Positions 1 through 10,211 of a stretch of DNA of 64,000 bases are shown in pieces (the stretch's first letter is position 1; every line of letters starts with the position of its first letter). The position numbers were made by a program, and so were the translations under genes. This DNA is from a plasmid. Below the pieces are notes generated by a model, which had not been told where the DNA came from, made no database searches, and saw nothing but the letters and a program-made list of their open reading frames with translations. The stretch is taken from sequence record NZ_CP010801.1; one strand, written 5' to 3'.

Positions 1-40
1 TGCCATTGAGGTTCCCCCTATCGCCAATACAAGGTAAGCC

Positions 41-853
41 ATGCAACGTTTTTCGCGTCTTGCCATTGCCGCCACCTGCACGCTGCTCACGCTCGCGGGA
101 TGTGCGACCAATCCTGCGTCTGGCAATCCTGAAGTTCAGGATCGCCCGGCGGCAACCTCCGTCGATGTGGGGGTGGACTGGGCATGGAGCATCGCTGGCG
201 ATGCCGCCGTGCGCCCGCTGCAAGTCTTCAGTCTGCAGGGAAAGACCTATTTGCAGATGCGCCCGGGGCAGATGCTGCCGGCGATCTTAGCTGAAGGCCA
301 ACCGCTGCCATTCACCATCAACGCGCCTTATATCGTGGTGCAGCAGACTCCCGAACACATGGACATCGTAGCCAACGGCTATCGCGCCGTTGTCGTCCAC
401 GCAAAGCAGCGCCAGACCATCCGGCAGGGCCCGGTCATGCCCGATCCGAAGGCGTCGCGTGTGCAGCGCGTGAGTGTTGAGGATGCAGGGAAAGACGAGA
501 CGCCGATAGCACACTCCGTCACGCCTTTGTTCGAAGCGCCTGCGCAGAGCACCGCCGACAGCGATCTCGCGCCAATGGAACGAGACAAGAGTTGGCCGGT
601 CGAGGCATCCAAAGCAAAGCTGTCTCGTGTCATCGCTGCGTGGGGCAAGCGTTCCCACGTGGCCGTGCGCTGGAACTCGCGTGCGGACGTGCCGGTTCGG
701 GCATCGGGCGAATTCAGGGCAAGCAATGTGTATGTAGCGGTCGCCAAGGCGCTCCGGGCCGCAAGCGCCAAGGGATGGACCTTCGCAATGAGCGTCGAAT
801 CGGACGGCTCGATTGTGGTCAATGGATACCAACAGGGGAGTGATGCGGCATGA
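41..853 (+). CDS. Lipoprotein with TcpQ-like C-terminal domain (PilL-like, first gene of type IVB pilus cluster)
   Basis: N-terminal lipobox LTLAGC. C-terminal V-x-W-N...V-x-V pattern resembles the TcpQ/PilL C-terminal domain. Sits at the head of the pil operon. Confidence 0.4.
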   Translation: MQRFSRLAIAATCTLLTLAGCATNPASGNPEVQDRPAATSVDVGVDWAWSIAGDAAVRPLQVFSLQGKTYLQMRPGQMLPAILAEGQPLPFTINAPYIVVQQTPEHMDIVANGYRAVVVHAKQRQTIRQGPVMPDPKASRVQRVSVEDAGKDETPIAHSVTPLFEAPAQSTADSDLAPMERDKSWPVEASKAKLSRVIAAWGKRSHVAVRWNSRADVPVRASGEFRASNVYVAVAKALRAASAKGWTFAMSVESDGSIVVNGYQQGSDAA

Positions 854-1923
854 AGAAGCCGATGCAAATTCTTTCCGTTGTGGCGCTGGTCGCCACGACT
901 GCTGAGGCGTGGGGCATGAGCGCTGCGAACCCACAAGCCTGGGCCAACCCGGAGGGGACAACCTCAGCGGCGGCCCCCAGCGTTCTCGGCGGTTCCGCGC
1001 CGATCGACCAAGCTCTCTCGATCATCATTCCAGAGCCTTGGAAAATCACTCTGGCGGCCAACGTTCCCGGCTCTTTGATGATGACCTGGCCGTCCTCGAG
1101 CGACTGGCGTGCAGCACTGCGCTCGGCCTGCGATGACATGGGCCTGCGCGCATCGATCGACCCCGTGCGCCAGACCGTGATGGTTGCGCCAGTACGCGTC
1201 ACCAACCCCGCGCCGGCGAAGCCCCTTGCGGAGGACGCTATCACCGCCGCCTTGCCACCCGAGAACGCCCCCGCGGCAGCGGCCAGCGATTCGACCCAGA
1301 AGCCGGATGCCTTGGTGCAGGTGGGGCGCACGGGAGCCGAACTGAATGGCACATGGCGCGAGTCTGTCCCTGCCGGTGAGCGTGTCATGCTGGTTGAGGC
1401 GATTCCCCGCTTGCTCCCTGCTTCGGAAAGCAAGGATGAAGTGCAAATCATCGGTCTGGACGCCAAGACGCCCGTGACCTGGAAGGCAGGGCCGCGTCTG
1501 CAAGCACTGACCAGTGTTGCATCGCAAGTCGGCGCACGTATCTCCGTCACGCCAGGCAGCGAAGTCGTGGCGACGCGCGCCATGCCTCCTGGGCGGGAAG
1601 CGCCTGCAACGTCCGTGCCGGTTGCGCAGGCAGCCGTCGCCCCTGAAAAGACTGCTGCCATAGCATCGCCGGGCATCACCCTCAGCGCGGGCCAACCCCT
1701 AGGCCAGCAACTCATGTCCATCGGCAGAGCACACGGTTGGACGGTGGTTTGGAACGCCGACCAAGACTGGATGGTGCCAGCCCCAGCCGCTTTCGAAGGT
1801 AGCTTCGACTCGGCCGCGCGTCAGATCATCAGCAACCTCGCAGCCAACGGCGCGGACGTGCGCGCCGATGTGTATATCGGGAATCAGACCATTGTTGTCC
1901 ACGCCGCAGGAGAGTCGCATTGA
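850..1923 (+). CDS. TcpQ-domain protein (PilL/PilM-position protein of type IVB pilus cluster)
   Basis: Signal peptide. C-terminal GWTVVWNADQDW...IVV motif (TcpQ-like). Start overlaps the upstream gene stop (operon coupling). Confidence 0.4.
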   Translation: MKKPMQILSVVALVATTAEAWGMSAANPQAWANPEGTTSAAAPSVLGGSAPIDQALSIIIPEPWKITLAANVPGSLMMTWPSSSDWRAALRSACDDMGLRASIDPVRQTVMVAPVRVTNPAPAKPLAEDAITAALPPENAPAAAASDSTQKPDALVQVGRTGAELNGTWRESVPAGERVMLVEAIPRLLPASESKDEVQIIGLDAKTPVTWKAGPRLQALTSVASQVGARISVTPGSEVVATRAMPPGREAPATSVPVAQAAVAPEKTAAIASPGITLSAGQPLGQQLMSIGRAHGWTVVWNADQDWMVPAPAAFEGSFDSAARQIISNLAANGADVRADVYIGNQTIVVHAAGESH

Positions 1924-3635
1924 ATCGCAAACCGTTGTTCCATCGTGCCATCGCGCTGGCCGCATGCGCCTCCATGGTGGGCTGCGGCTCGATTGAGCAG
2001 ACCCGCACACAAGCAAGGGATGTAGCCGACCAAGCTTCGCAAGCCGCCGCCAATGCCGCTCCGCAGTCCCGGCCAGTGGTGGTCGAACATCAGGCAGCCT
2101 GGCTTGCCGGTGATGCGATCGCCGTGAGCCGGCCCCAGCCGGCCATCCTCGACAAGCAGGTAGTTTTCAACGTCGCAAGCTCCGGCTCTTGGTCGTTGCG
2201 CGACTACTCGGACTGGATCTCGCAAAATGTCGGTGCCGTCACGCATCTGAGTGATTCGGCTCTATCCAGCACGCCGATCAGGGAAGGGGCCGCCACGGGC
2301 GGCTATGCGGCACCCACCAACGCCGGCGCCGGCTCGACCGCGATTCCTCCATTCCCTGGGATGCAGATGCCGGCGGCGTCGCCTGCTGCTGCTTCCACAA
2401 TGGCGATGCCTGCGCTGCCGTCGGCTGTCGCCAGCATGGCCACGGATTCGCGCCCATTGCGCTTTACGGGCGACCTGAAGGGCTTTCTGGACCTGATCAC
2501 TGGGCGCTTTGGCGTGTACTGGGCGTATCGCAATGGCCAGATCGAGATCTTCAAGACAACCACGCATACGTGGAGCATTCCCACCCTGCCGGTGCAGGCC
2601 AAAAGCTCGGGCTCGATCTCTACCAGCGGTTCTCTGTCGGGCAACAACGGTAACACCGGAACGGCGGGCGGGACCACGTCCTCTGGAACGAGTGGCGCTG
2701 GCGGCGGCGGAAGCACAAATGCCGACATTGCTCTGAGCGTCAACTACTGGGCGGACCTGCAAACCACCGCAAAGGCGATTGCGGGCCCCGGCGCTGAGTC
2801 GATCGTCGACAAATCGTTCGGTACGCTCACCGTCACAGGCCAGCCGCCCCAAATTGAGCGCGTCAACGAGTGGGTCAAGACCCTGACGTCCCACTTGCAA
2901 AAGCAAGTAGCCATCGACGTGCGCGTGTTCAAGGTGCACGTCAACCGCGAGGACAACTACGGGTTGAACCTCTCGCTGGCCGTCAACACCCTCTATCAGG
3001 GCAACCAAAACGGCGCCAAGTTCACCGTGACGTCCGCCGCGGCCCCGTCTGTGACTTCCGGCGTGACCCCGGTGCAGTTCGGCGCATCAATCTTGAGCGG
3101 CACGCTCAGCGGCACAAACGCCGCAGTCCAAGCGCTTTCGACCATGGGTAACGTGTCGCAGGTGTTCAGTCGTTCTGGCGTAACGATGAACGGCCAAATG
3201 CTCAACCTGCAGGCCGCGCAAACACAGAGCTACCTGGCCTCAAGCCAGACAACGCTCACGTCGACCTCTGGCTCGAGCACTGCGCTGCAGCCGGGTTCGG
3301 TCACGTATGGCTTCACCGGCGTCTTTCTCCCCAAGTACGTGAACGACCGGATCATGCTGGAACTCAACATGACCCTGTCGAACCTGCTTGGTATCTCAAC
3401 CTTCACCAGCAATGGCAGTTCGATTCAGTTGCCGTCGCTCTCGTCGGCAACGCTGCAACAATCTGTGGCACTCAAGCCTGGTCAGACCCTCGTGCTCACT
3501 GGCTACGAGCAACAGACCGCCTCCAATACGAACAACGGCGTAGGGTCTCCCAACTTTGCCCTGTTCGGCGGCGGGGTCGAAGCTCAGCGCGCGCGTGACG
3601 TTCTGGCCATCGTTGTTACGGCGAGGTTGCTGTGA
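1920..3635 (+). CDS. pilN: PilN-family type IVB pilus outer-membrane secretin lipoprotein
   Basis: Lipobox MVGC. 571 aa with a long G/S/T-rich linker and a secretin-like C-terminal half. Its position in the operon matches R64/PAPI-1 pilN. Confidence 0.55.
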   Translation: MNRKPLFHRAIALAACASMVGCGSIEQTRTQARDVADQASQAAANAAPQSRPVVVEHQAAWLAGDAIAVSRPQPAILDKQVVFNVASSGSWSLRDYSDWISQNVGAVTHLSDSALSSTPIREGAATGGYAAPTNAGAGSTAIPPFPGMQMPAASPAAASTMAMPALPSAVASMATDSRPLRFTGDLKGFLDLITGRFGVYWAYRNGQIEIFKTTTHTWSIPTLPVQAKSSGSISTSGSLSGNNGNTGTAGGTTSSGTSGAGGGGSTNADIALSVNYWADLQTTAKAIAGPGAESIVDKSFGTLTVTGQPPQIERVNEWVKTLTSHLQKQVAIDVRVFKVHVNREDNYGLNLSLAVNTLYQGNQNGAKFTVTSAAAPSVTSGVTPVQFGASILSGTLSGTNAAVQALSTMGNVSQVFSRSGVTMNGQMLNLQAAQTQSYLASSQTTLTSTSGSSTALQPGSVTYGFTGVFLPKYVNDRIMLELNMTLSNLLGISTFTSNGSSIQLPSLSSATLQQSVALKPGQTLVLTGYEQQTASNTNNGVGSPNFALFGGGVEAQRARDVLAIVVTARLL

Positions 3636-4879
3636 CGATCATCCAACTCCCTGGTTTCGATCGGGACAGTTTCTTACTGGGGCTGTCCTGGCGACATCTG
3701 GACAGCCAGCCCAAACCGGCTCTCCTGCGCTCGATGGCGGAAGAGCGCGGCGAGATCTACGCGGTCTATCACACGATCGATGCGGCTTGGCAAGCTGGCT
3801 TTTCCCAGCCGCCAAGCGATATGCCGAGCGACACGAAGATGGCGCGGATGTACGCGCTTGCGCCGCTTATCGCTGCCTTACGTCCGGCGCCATGGCGCGC
3901 CGTCTTCGACATCGGCAATGGTCTGTACTGGTATCTGGCTGTTCGAGATCAGCAGGAGATCATCCCGGAGGGCGATTTCGTCGGGTCCATAGACGCAGTG
4001 TCGCAGCTGCGTTCTCAGCACGATGCCTACGGTGTTTGGAATGACTACGACGAAGACGCCTCGCTGCAGGGGCTCGCCGACGCCGTTCGCAATCTGGCTA
4101 TCAAGCGCAAGCCGGTGCGGCGTCTGACCGCTGGAGGGACAAGCAAGAGGATCATCCTCGCTTCCTGCTCTTCGGTCATATTGCTGGCCGTGCTTGCCGG
4201 GGGTTGGTGGGCGTACCACAACCAGCAAGTTGCAAAGCAACGCGCGCTCGAACTGGCCCGGTTGCGTGCCGCGGCGGAGCAAAACAAGCCCAAGCCGGTC
4301 ATCCCCCCGTGGTTCCGTGTGCCGCAGCCGGATTACGTGTTGGACAGCTGTGCAGAACTGTGGCGCCAGCAGTCGTTGAGTACCGATGGCTGGGACCTGT
4401 CGTCATGGAAATGCAGCCTCGCTGGCGCACAGGTTTCCGCCGAGGCGAATTATTCACGCAACGGCGGCTTAGCCGAAAACGCACCCGGCGCTCTCGACCC
4501 GAGCGGGAATAAATCTGTGGCGTATTCATCCGCGGCGCTCGGTGTCTTGGCAGAAGATCACTCGGTGATGGTCCAGGAAGGCGCGCAGCGCCGCATCTGG
4601 TCGTTTGCGCAGCAATATGACCTCGCGCTGAACTTGGGCATTGTTCCACGGCCGCAAGTGCTCCCAGGCAAAGAACCCCCGCCGCTTGATCCCTGGGTGG
4701 CACAAAGCGTGGGCTTAACCCTGTCCTCGTCGCCATGGGATTTAGGCCTGCAGTTTGACGCTGTGCCGGGACTTCGCGTATCCAGCGTGACGTTCGATGG
4801 CGCGGTCTGGAGCGTTCAGGCACAACTGTATTCGGCCCGCCAAAACGGTGCCATTCCACTTCCGACTGGAGCTACTTGA
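3632..4879 (+). CDS. pilO: PilO-like type IVB pilus biogenesis protein (bitopic membrane)
   Basis: 415 aa with a single TM (ILLAVLAGGWWAY). Operon position between the secretin and pilP. Overlapping start and stop codons with its neighbours. Confidence 0.4.
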   Translation: MTIIQLPGFDRDSFLLGLSWRHLDSQPKPALLRSMAEERGEIYAVYHTIDAAWQAGFSQPPSDMPSDTKMARMYALAPLIAALRPAPWRAVFDIGNGLYWYLAVRDQQEIIPEGDFVGSIDAVSQLRSQHDAYGVWNDYDEDASLQGLADAVRNLAIKRKPVRRLTAGGTSKRIILASCSSVILLAVLAGGWWAYHNQQVAKQRALELARLRAAAEQNKPKPVIPPWFRVPQPDYVLDSCAELWRQQSLSTDGWDLSSWKCSLAGAQVSAEANYSRNGGLAENAPGALDPSGNKSVAYSSAALGVLAEDHSVMVQEGAQRRIWSFAQQYDLALNLGIVPRPQVLPGKEPPPLDPWVAQSVGLTLSSSPWDLGLQFDAVPGLRVSSVTFDGAVWSVQAQLYSARQNGAIPLPTGAT

Positions 4880-5487
4880 TGCTCAAATCCCGTACTCTTC
4901 TCGCCACGGCATCGCTTTGCCTGACCTGCGGCGCAACGCAAGCCCAGCAACCGGTGGCATTGGGCGCTAGTGCCCCCATGGCAGTACCGGCGTCCGCAAC
5001 ATCGGCAGCGCCGCCGGCCATGCAGGTGGTCAACAAAGTCAACACGCCGATGTCGCAGCCGGGTTCGCGTGCCGATCAGCTGTCGCAGCTGAATGCGGAA
5101 ATCCCACTGCTTGAGGCACAGGCAAAGATCGCGAAGCTGAAGGAGCAAATCGCGCACCCTTCCGGCGGCTCCCAGGGCCCCCAATCGGCTGCACCTGGCT
5201 TTGGCATTGGCAGTGCTCCATCTCCCCTTGGCGTGGCTGCGCAAGGTATCGGTGTCCCTGCTCAGTCTATCCAAGCCAGCGCAGGCAAGGCGGGCGCACG
5301 CACGTCCCAGCCGCAGGTGCTGGCGATCACGGGCTACAACGGCAAGCTCCAGGCAATCGTCCGTATGGGCGCCGAGCAACACATCGTTAACCGCGGCGCT
5401 ACCGTGGACGGCTGGCTCGTCGCTGATGTGATGCCATCGGCAGTTGTGTTTTCGCGGTCCGGAAAATCGGTAACGATCCGCCCGTGA
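4876..5487 (+). CDS. pilP: PilP-like type IV pilus biogenesis protein
   Basis: Signal peptide. C-terminal beta-rich domain (ITGYNGKLQAIVRMGAEQHIVNRGATVDGWLVADV) typical of PilP/GspC-like proteins. Confidence 0.5.
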   Translation: MMLKSRTLLATASLCLTCGATQAQQPVALGASAPMAVPASATSAAPPAMQVVNKVNTPMSQPGSRADQLSQLNAEIPLLEAQAKIAKLKEQIAHPSGGSQGPQSAAPGFGIGSAPSPLGVAAQGIGVPAQSIQASAGKAGARTSQPQVLAITGYNGKLQAIVRMGAEQHIVNRGATVDGWLVADVMPSAVVFSRSGKSVTIRP

Positions 5488-7310
5488 GGGGAAGCATGAT
5501 GCGTCTGCTGACGGCGAAAGCCGGCTTTCAGCCCGAAGACCCCACGAACGGCGCCCGTGCGTCCGTTGCTGGGGTAATCGAGCCTCCAATGCGCGCTGAA
5601 TTGCCTGCTTTGCCAGAGGTGCTTCGCGATGTAGTCGTAATCGATCCATCGCCGCAGGAAGATACGCGGGCGGGCTTGGAAGCGATCGCTCTGGCCATGC
5701 GGTGGATCGACCAGCGAGACGTTCAAAGTGCGCCACCACACAACGCCGACACGGAAGACTTCGAGCGCCTGACGTTCATTTCCAAGTTGCTCGATGCCGA
5801 TCAGATCCGCATCGCCAAGACGTTGCGTCATGTCGTCCTCTACGTGGACGAGCGGTACACCGCGCACCCAGCGCTCCTCATGTGGCGCAAAGACGCCTCA
5901 GACCTTGGTTTCTTCTGCATCACCCAACCCAGGGAGTTGAAGGAACTGAGAGAGGACAAGGTTCGCCTGAGCGCCGCAAGTAACGTACAGCGCGACTCGG
6001 CAAACCTTTCGACGCTAAATGCTGCGCGCGACCTCATCTTGCACGGCGCTGCCCTCGGGGCGAGCGATCTGCATATCCTGCTGCGCGAGGACATCGCCGA
6101 GGTGCAATACCGAGTCAAAGGCGCGCTTCGCTCGGCGCTGCAAATGAGCCGCGACGAGGGCGAGGCCTACATCCGTTCGATGTACACGGGACTTTCCTCG
6201 GTCAAGGAAGCGATCTACAACCCGTTTGAATTTCAAGACGCCCAGATCAACGGTTCGGACCTGCCCGGAAGCGGCTTGGCGTCAGTGCGGATCATCCGGG
6301 GACCAGCCTACCCTGTGGAGACGGGCGGCGGCTTCCTCGTCGCACGCTTGCAACCACTGAAGAAGAGCACAGGTCAAGCGGACGTGACACGGATTCCGTT
6401 CACGCTCAGGACACCGCGCTCTCCGCTCGGCTCCCTGCCGCTCAAGCAGATGGGGTACTCCGATTTGCAGGTCCGACTCCTGGAGCGTATGACGCGTATG
6501 CCATCGGGCGTCATCGTCGTTACGGGGCCGACGGGTAGCGGAAAGACGACAACCCTGTACGAGCTCCTCAAGCATCAAGCCAGGCAGTTCCCTGACAGCC
6601 GCCAGATCACCATCGAGAACCCTGTCGAGTACCCGATGGATTGGTCGGTGCAGCTGCCCGTAACAAAGTCCTCGAACCTGTCTTTCGGCGATATGGTGCG
6701 TATGACGCTGCGGATGGACCCGGACGTCGTGCTCGTAGGCGAACTGCGCAGCGCTGATGAAGCCGTGGCCGCCCTGCAAGAGGCAATGACCGGCCACCTT
6801 GTCTGGACGACGCTTCACGTGAACGACCCATTCATGACAATCGACCGCATGGAAATGCTCGATCGCGGGCAGTTGTCGCGCGAGATCATCTGCGATCACA
6901 AACTGCTGCGCGGATTCGTGGCGCAGCGCCTGGTGCCGGTGCTGTGCGATCACTGCAAGCGTCCCTTGACCGAGATCGCTGAGGATCTTCCCGCGGATAT
7001 GCTCGACGCGCTGGAGACCTGGGGGCCGATCGATTCCATGCGGGTGCGCGGCGCAGGTTGCGACCATTGCCATGACGAGAAGATCCAGGGCGTAACCGCT
7101 GTGGCCGAGGTAGTGGAAACCAGCGCAGCACTGATGCGCGACTTCATCAAGCTTGGCACCGACGAAGCCCGTCGGCAACAACGCCAGCGAGAAGGGGCCG
7201 ACCTGTCCATGCTCAGTAACGCAATGGTCGGGGTTCTCAGCGGCCGATTCGATCCGCGCGACGTCGAGCGCGCCGTAGACATCATCACCACGAAAGGAGC
7301 ACAAGATTGA
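5484..7310 (+). CDS. pilQ: PilQ-type secretion/pilus assembly ATPase (GspE/VirB11 superfamily)
   Basis: Walker A GPTGSGKTT, Walker B DVVLVGELR, His-box LVWTTLH. Tetracysteine motif CDHCKRP...CDHCHDEK. Confidence 0.8.
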   Translation: MRGSMMRLLTAKAGFQPEDPTNGARASVAGVIEPPMRAELPALPEVLRDVVVIDPSPQEDTRAGLEAIALAMRWIDQRDVQSAPPHNADTEDFERLTFISKLLDADQIRIAKTLRHVVLYVDERYTAHPALLMWRKDASDLGFFCITQPRELKELREDKVRLSAASNVQRDSANLSTLNAARDLILHGAALGASDLHILLREDIAEVQYRVKGALRSALQMSRDEGEAYIRSMYTGLSSVKEAIYNPFEFQDAQINGSDLPGSGLASVRIIRGPAYPVETGGGFLVARLQPLKKSTGQADVTRIPFTLRTPRSPLGSLPLKQMGYSDLQVRLLERMTRMPSGVIVVTGPTGSGKTTTLYELLKHQARQFPDSRQITIENPVEYPMDWSVQLPVTKSSNLSFGDMVRMTLRMDPDVVLVGELRSADEAVAALQEAMTGHLVWTTLHVNDPFMTIDRMEMLDRGQLSREIICDHKLLRGFVAQRLVPVLCDHCKRPLTEIAEDLPADMLDALETWGPIDSMRVRGAGCDHCHDEKIQGVTAVAEVVETSAALMRDFIKLGTDEARRQQRQREGADLSMLSNAMVGVLSGRFDPRDVERAVDIITTKGAQD

Positions 7311-8356
7311 AATTCTTTAAGCCCGGGCTGTCTTGGTCGACGCGCAAGATGCTATATCAGCAGTTGGCGTCGCAGCTCGACAACGGCCGTCCGCTCGTCG
7401 AGGCAATGGAGGACTTCCGCGATCGATTGGCGAGACGCGGGCGTAAAGGGCTGGCACAGGCGATGCGTGAAGCCACCAGTTGCCTGAAAGACGGAAAGAC
7501 CTTTGTGCAGTCGATGGGGCCAACGCTCTCGCCAATGGAGCGCAGTGTGCTGGCATCTGGCGAGAAGGCAGGCCAGTTGACCAATTCGATGCGCCTGGTG
7601 CTCGACGTTCGCGATCGTGTAACGCGCATACAGCGCAAGGTGATGAGCTACTTCACCGCACCGATTGTGTACCTGATCACTCTGCTGGCCTCGTTGTACG
7701 TCATCGGCTCAAGCGTTGTACCGCCACTGGCGCAGGTAGTGCCTGTAAGCAAGTGGACGGGATGGGCCTATGGGATGTATCTGATGGGAGCCGTCGCAAC
7801 GGGATGGGGGATGGTAATTACGGTTTCCCTCCTGGTCGTGCTAGGCGCCACGGTCATCTGGTCACTTCCACGCTGGACGGGCAGGGGACGAGCCTTTTGC
7901 GACCAATATGTCTTTCCCTACAACGTCTATCGCGAAGTGCAGGGCTTTGCATGGCTGCTGTCGTTCACCGCGCTTTTGCGCGCGGGCGTGCCAGACACCA
8001 CCGCACTGCAAGATCAGCTGACATCAGCCTCACCGTGGCTCGCGTCGCGCTTGCGACCTGTGATGATCGGTTTGCGCGACGGCCTTAACTTGTCGGCCGC
8101 ACTGCGCCGAACCGGGCTGGGCTTCCCCTCGATCGACCTGATCGATGAAGTTGCCGCCTACATGAACTTCCCGGATTTTCCGGAAAAGATTGACAACGTT
8201 GCGCGGGACTACTCCGAATTCCTGGAACGCAAGATGATGATCATCGGCGGAGCAATCGGCGGCGTGTTCTCGATGGCCATGTTTATGGCCTTTGGTGTCA
8301 TCACCATCGGTGCCAATACGATTTCGGATCTCATCACAAAAAGCGTTGGAGCGTAG
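7307..8356 (+). CDS. pilR: PilR-type (GspF-family) polytopic inner-membrane platform protein
   Basis: 349 aa with multiple hydrophobic segments. Immediately downstream of the GspE-type ATPase. Coupled start. Confidence 0.6.
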   Translation: MKFFKPGLSWSTRKMLYQQLASQLDNGRPLVEAMEDFRDRLARRGRKGLAQAMREATSCLKDGKTFVQSMGPTLSPMERSVLASGEKAGQLTNSMRLVLDVRDRVTRIQRKVMSYFTAPIVYLITLLASLYVIGSSVVPPLAQVVPVSKWTGWAYGMYLMGAVATGWGMVITVSLLVVLGATVIWSLPRWTGRGRAFCDQYVFPYNVYREVQGFAWLLSFTALLRAGVPDTTALQDQLTSASPWLASRLRPVMIGLRDGLNLSAALRRTGLGFPSIDLIDEVAAYMNFPDFPEKIDNVARDYSEFLERKMMIIGGAIGGVFSMAMFMAFGVITIGANTISDLITKSVGA

Positions 8357-8548
8357 TGCCGGGGCGTTCGTAACAATTGAGTGTTGACATGGTGTCCTAT
8401 TGGGCTTTTTTTTGCTTTACAATCTTCTAAGGATGCGCAACAGCCCAACTTACAATCTGTCGTTTGATTGTCAGCGTTATCGCGTCGTACGGCTACTGTG
8501 CTTGGTAGTTCCTGTCCCCCAATATTCTTTCTTCTGTGAGGTCATTCG

Positions 8549-9073
8549 ATGGATTCAATTCTTGGTCGTATCGCTGCGACCGTTCTCGGCCTGTTGGTTC
8601 TTGCCGCAGTTGGTCTGGGCATCTACAAGGCGTTCTCAGGCAACAAGGTCGGTCAGACCACCACTGATCTGAGCTTGCTGCAAACCAACGCGCGCGCGCA
8701 GTACAGCCAGGGTGCTAACGGCTACGCGAACTTCAACGTCGCAGCTGGCACGCCGACCGCTGGCATTGTGGATTCGACCGGTAATTCGGCGGTCATTCCG
8801 ACCGACATGCTGCGTGCAGGCCGGGTCGTGGACGCATGGGGTAATGACGTGACGATCGCTCCTACGTCGAACAACCAGCAATTCGCTGTGACGGTTGGCG
8901 GCACGGGTCTGACCGCAAGCCAGTGCTCGCAGATCCTCACCAGCCTGACGGGCTGGACCCGGGTTGCCACAAGCACCGGTCAGAGTTTCACGACCGGGAA
9001 TCCCCCCGATGCCACAACCGCCGGCGCTGCGTGCATGAACGACGGCGAAACCATTACGGTCACTATGCAATAA
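8549..9073 (+). CDS. pilS: PilS-like type IVB (thin-pilus) prepilin
   Basis: 174 aa. N-terminal hydrophobic pilin-like segment (RIAATVLGLLVLAAVGLGIY) followed by a T/G/N-rich beta domain. RBS GAGG 7 nt upstream. Preceded by a 190-bp non-coding region with TTGACA and TACAAT boxes. Confidence 0.5.
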   Translation: MDSILGRIAATVLGLLVLAAVGLGIYKAFSGNKVGQTTTDLSLLQTNARAQYSQGANGYANFNVAAGTPTAGIVDSTGNSAVIPTDMLRAGRVVDAWGNDVTIAPTSNNQQFAVTVGGTGLTASQCSQILTSLTGWTRVATSTGQSFTTGNPPDATTAGAACMNDGETITVTMQ

Positions 9074-9113
9074 ACCGTTTCGCTATCGTCAATACGGCCG
9101 GCGCAGCCGGCCG

Positions 9114-10211
9114 TTGCCTTTCTACCGTATTCCCGCTTTACCCCGACAACCACAGCGCGCAGAAGACCGTCGTGACATGCATCTGACCCCGCCTACGCCG
9201 ACCGACGACGCGGTCATCAGTGCCATCGATCCTGCCGAGGCGGATGGGGCGGCGTCGCGCCTCGCGTTCCTTGAATTCTCCGACCTGTACCTGGAGCCTA
9301 ACGGTGCCGCTTGGTACAAGACCGCACCGGACGACAACGTTCGCAACACCCTGGAAGGCCCATATCTTGAGGATGTGCAGTATCTGCGCGAGCAGTTGCT
9401 CAAGCACGTCGGAAGCGTGGATTTTCTGATGGACATCCAGGGGGTACGACTGCGCGTGCAGTGCATCTCCACAGTCGACGGCGACGTGTATGTGTGCCGC
9501 CGAGCCGCGAAGACACCGATGCCGGTAGAACGGCTGGGCTACCCGGCAGAATTGATCAAGTCGCTCCTGTCTGACGCATTCACTGGCGGTGGCCTCATTC
9601 TGTTCACAGGTGCCACCGGCAGCGGAAAAAGCACATCGCTCGCCTCCATATTGGCCGCGCGCCTGAAGTTGTTTGGCGGGGTGGCGTGGACTGCTGAAAA
9701 TCCGGTCGAGACGCTGCTCCATGGCACGCATGGTTCTGGCGTCTGCTACCAAACTGAAGTACCTCGCGATGAGGATTTTGGGATGGCCATCCAGCGCATG
9801 TTGAGGGGCGCGCCGAACATCATCGTCATTGGCGAGATCCGCAGCGCTAAAGCTGCGGCTCAGGCCGTACTGGCGGGCACGAGCGGACATCTCGTGTTGT
9901 CCACGCTGCACGCCAACGACATCCAGTCTGCGCTGCATCGTCTCAAAAGCATGCTCGTCCACGAAGGACTGGATGGTGCGTTTCTTGGCGACGCTATGGG
10001 GGCAGTGCTGCATCAATCGATGTCTTATGCGCGCGCACCAGATCGCAACCGTCGCGTCGTGACCGTGTCTCCTCTCATCGTAGCCGGCAGCCGTAACGCT
10101 ACGGCCATCCGCGCGCATATGCGCGGCGGCGAATTTCATCAGCTGTCCTCGGAAATCGAACGCCAGAAACGGGTGCTACTGATTCCCGGGCAAGCAGGAG
10201 GAATGCTATGA
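9114..10211 (+). CDS. Second GspE/PilT-family ATPase (PilT/PilU-like)
   Basis: Walker A GATGSGKST, Walker B IIVIGEIR, His-box LVLSTLHAN. An alternative start at the internal Met (9177) is possible. Confidence 0.7.
   Translation: MPFYRIPALPRQPQRAEDRRDMHLTPPTPTDDAVISAIDPAEADGAASRLAFLEFSDLYLEPNGAAWYKTAPDDNVRNTLEGPYLEDVQYLREQLLKHVGSVDFLMDIQGVRLRVQCISTVDGDVYVCRRAAKTPMPVERLGYPAELIKSLLSDAFTGGGLILFTGATGSGKSTSLASILAARLKLFGGVAWTAENPVETLLHGTHGSGVCYQTEVPRDEDFGMAIQRMLRGAPNIIVIGEIRSAKAAAQAVLAGTSGHLVLSTLHANDIQSALHRLKSMLVHEGLDGAFLGDAMGAVLHQSMSYARAPDRNRRVVTVSPLIVAGSRNATAIRAHMRGGEFHQLSSEIERQKRVLLIPGQAGGML

Noticed and set aside
287-1721. Long minus-strand ORFs (287-961, 379-936, 819-1721, 964-1695) across the pil genes
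   Set aside because: They lie antisense to well-supported plus-strand genes with signal peptides and domain motifs. They are Arg/Ala-rich, as expected for a GC-rich antisense frame, and have no RBS or motifs.
6282-7304. 340-aa minus-strand ORF antisense to the PilQ ATPase
   Set aside because: It overlaps the Walker and His-box regions of a clearly real gene. It is an antisense artefact of high GC.
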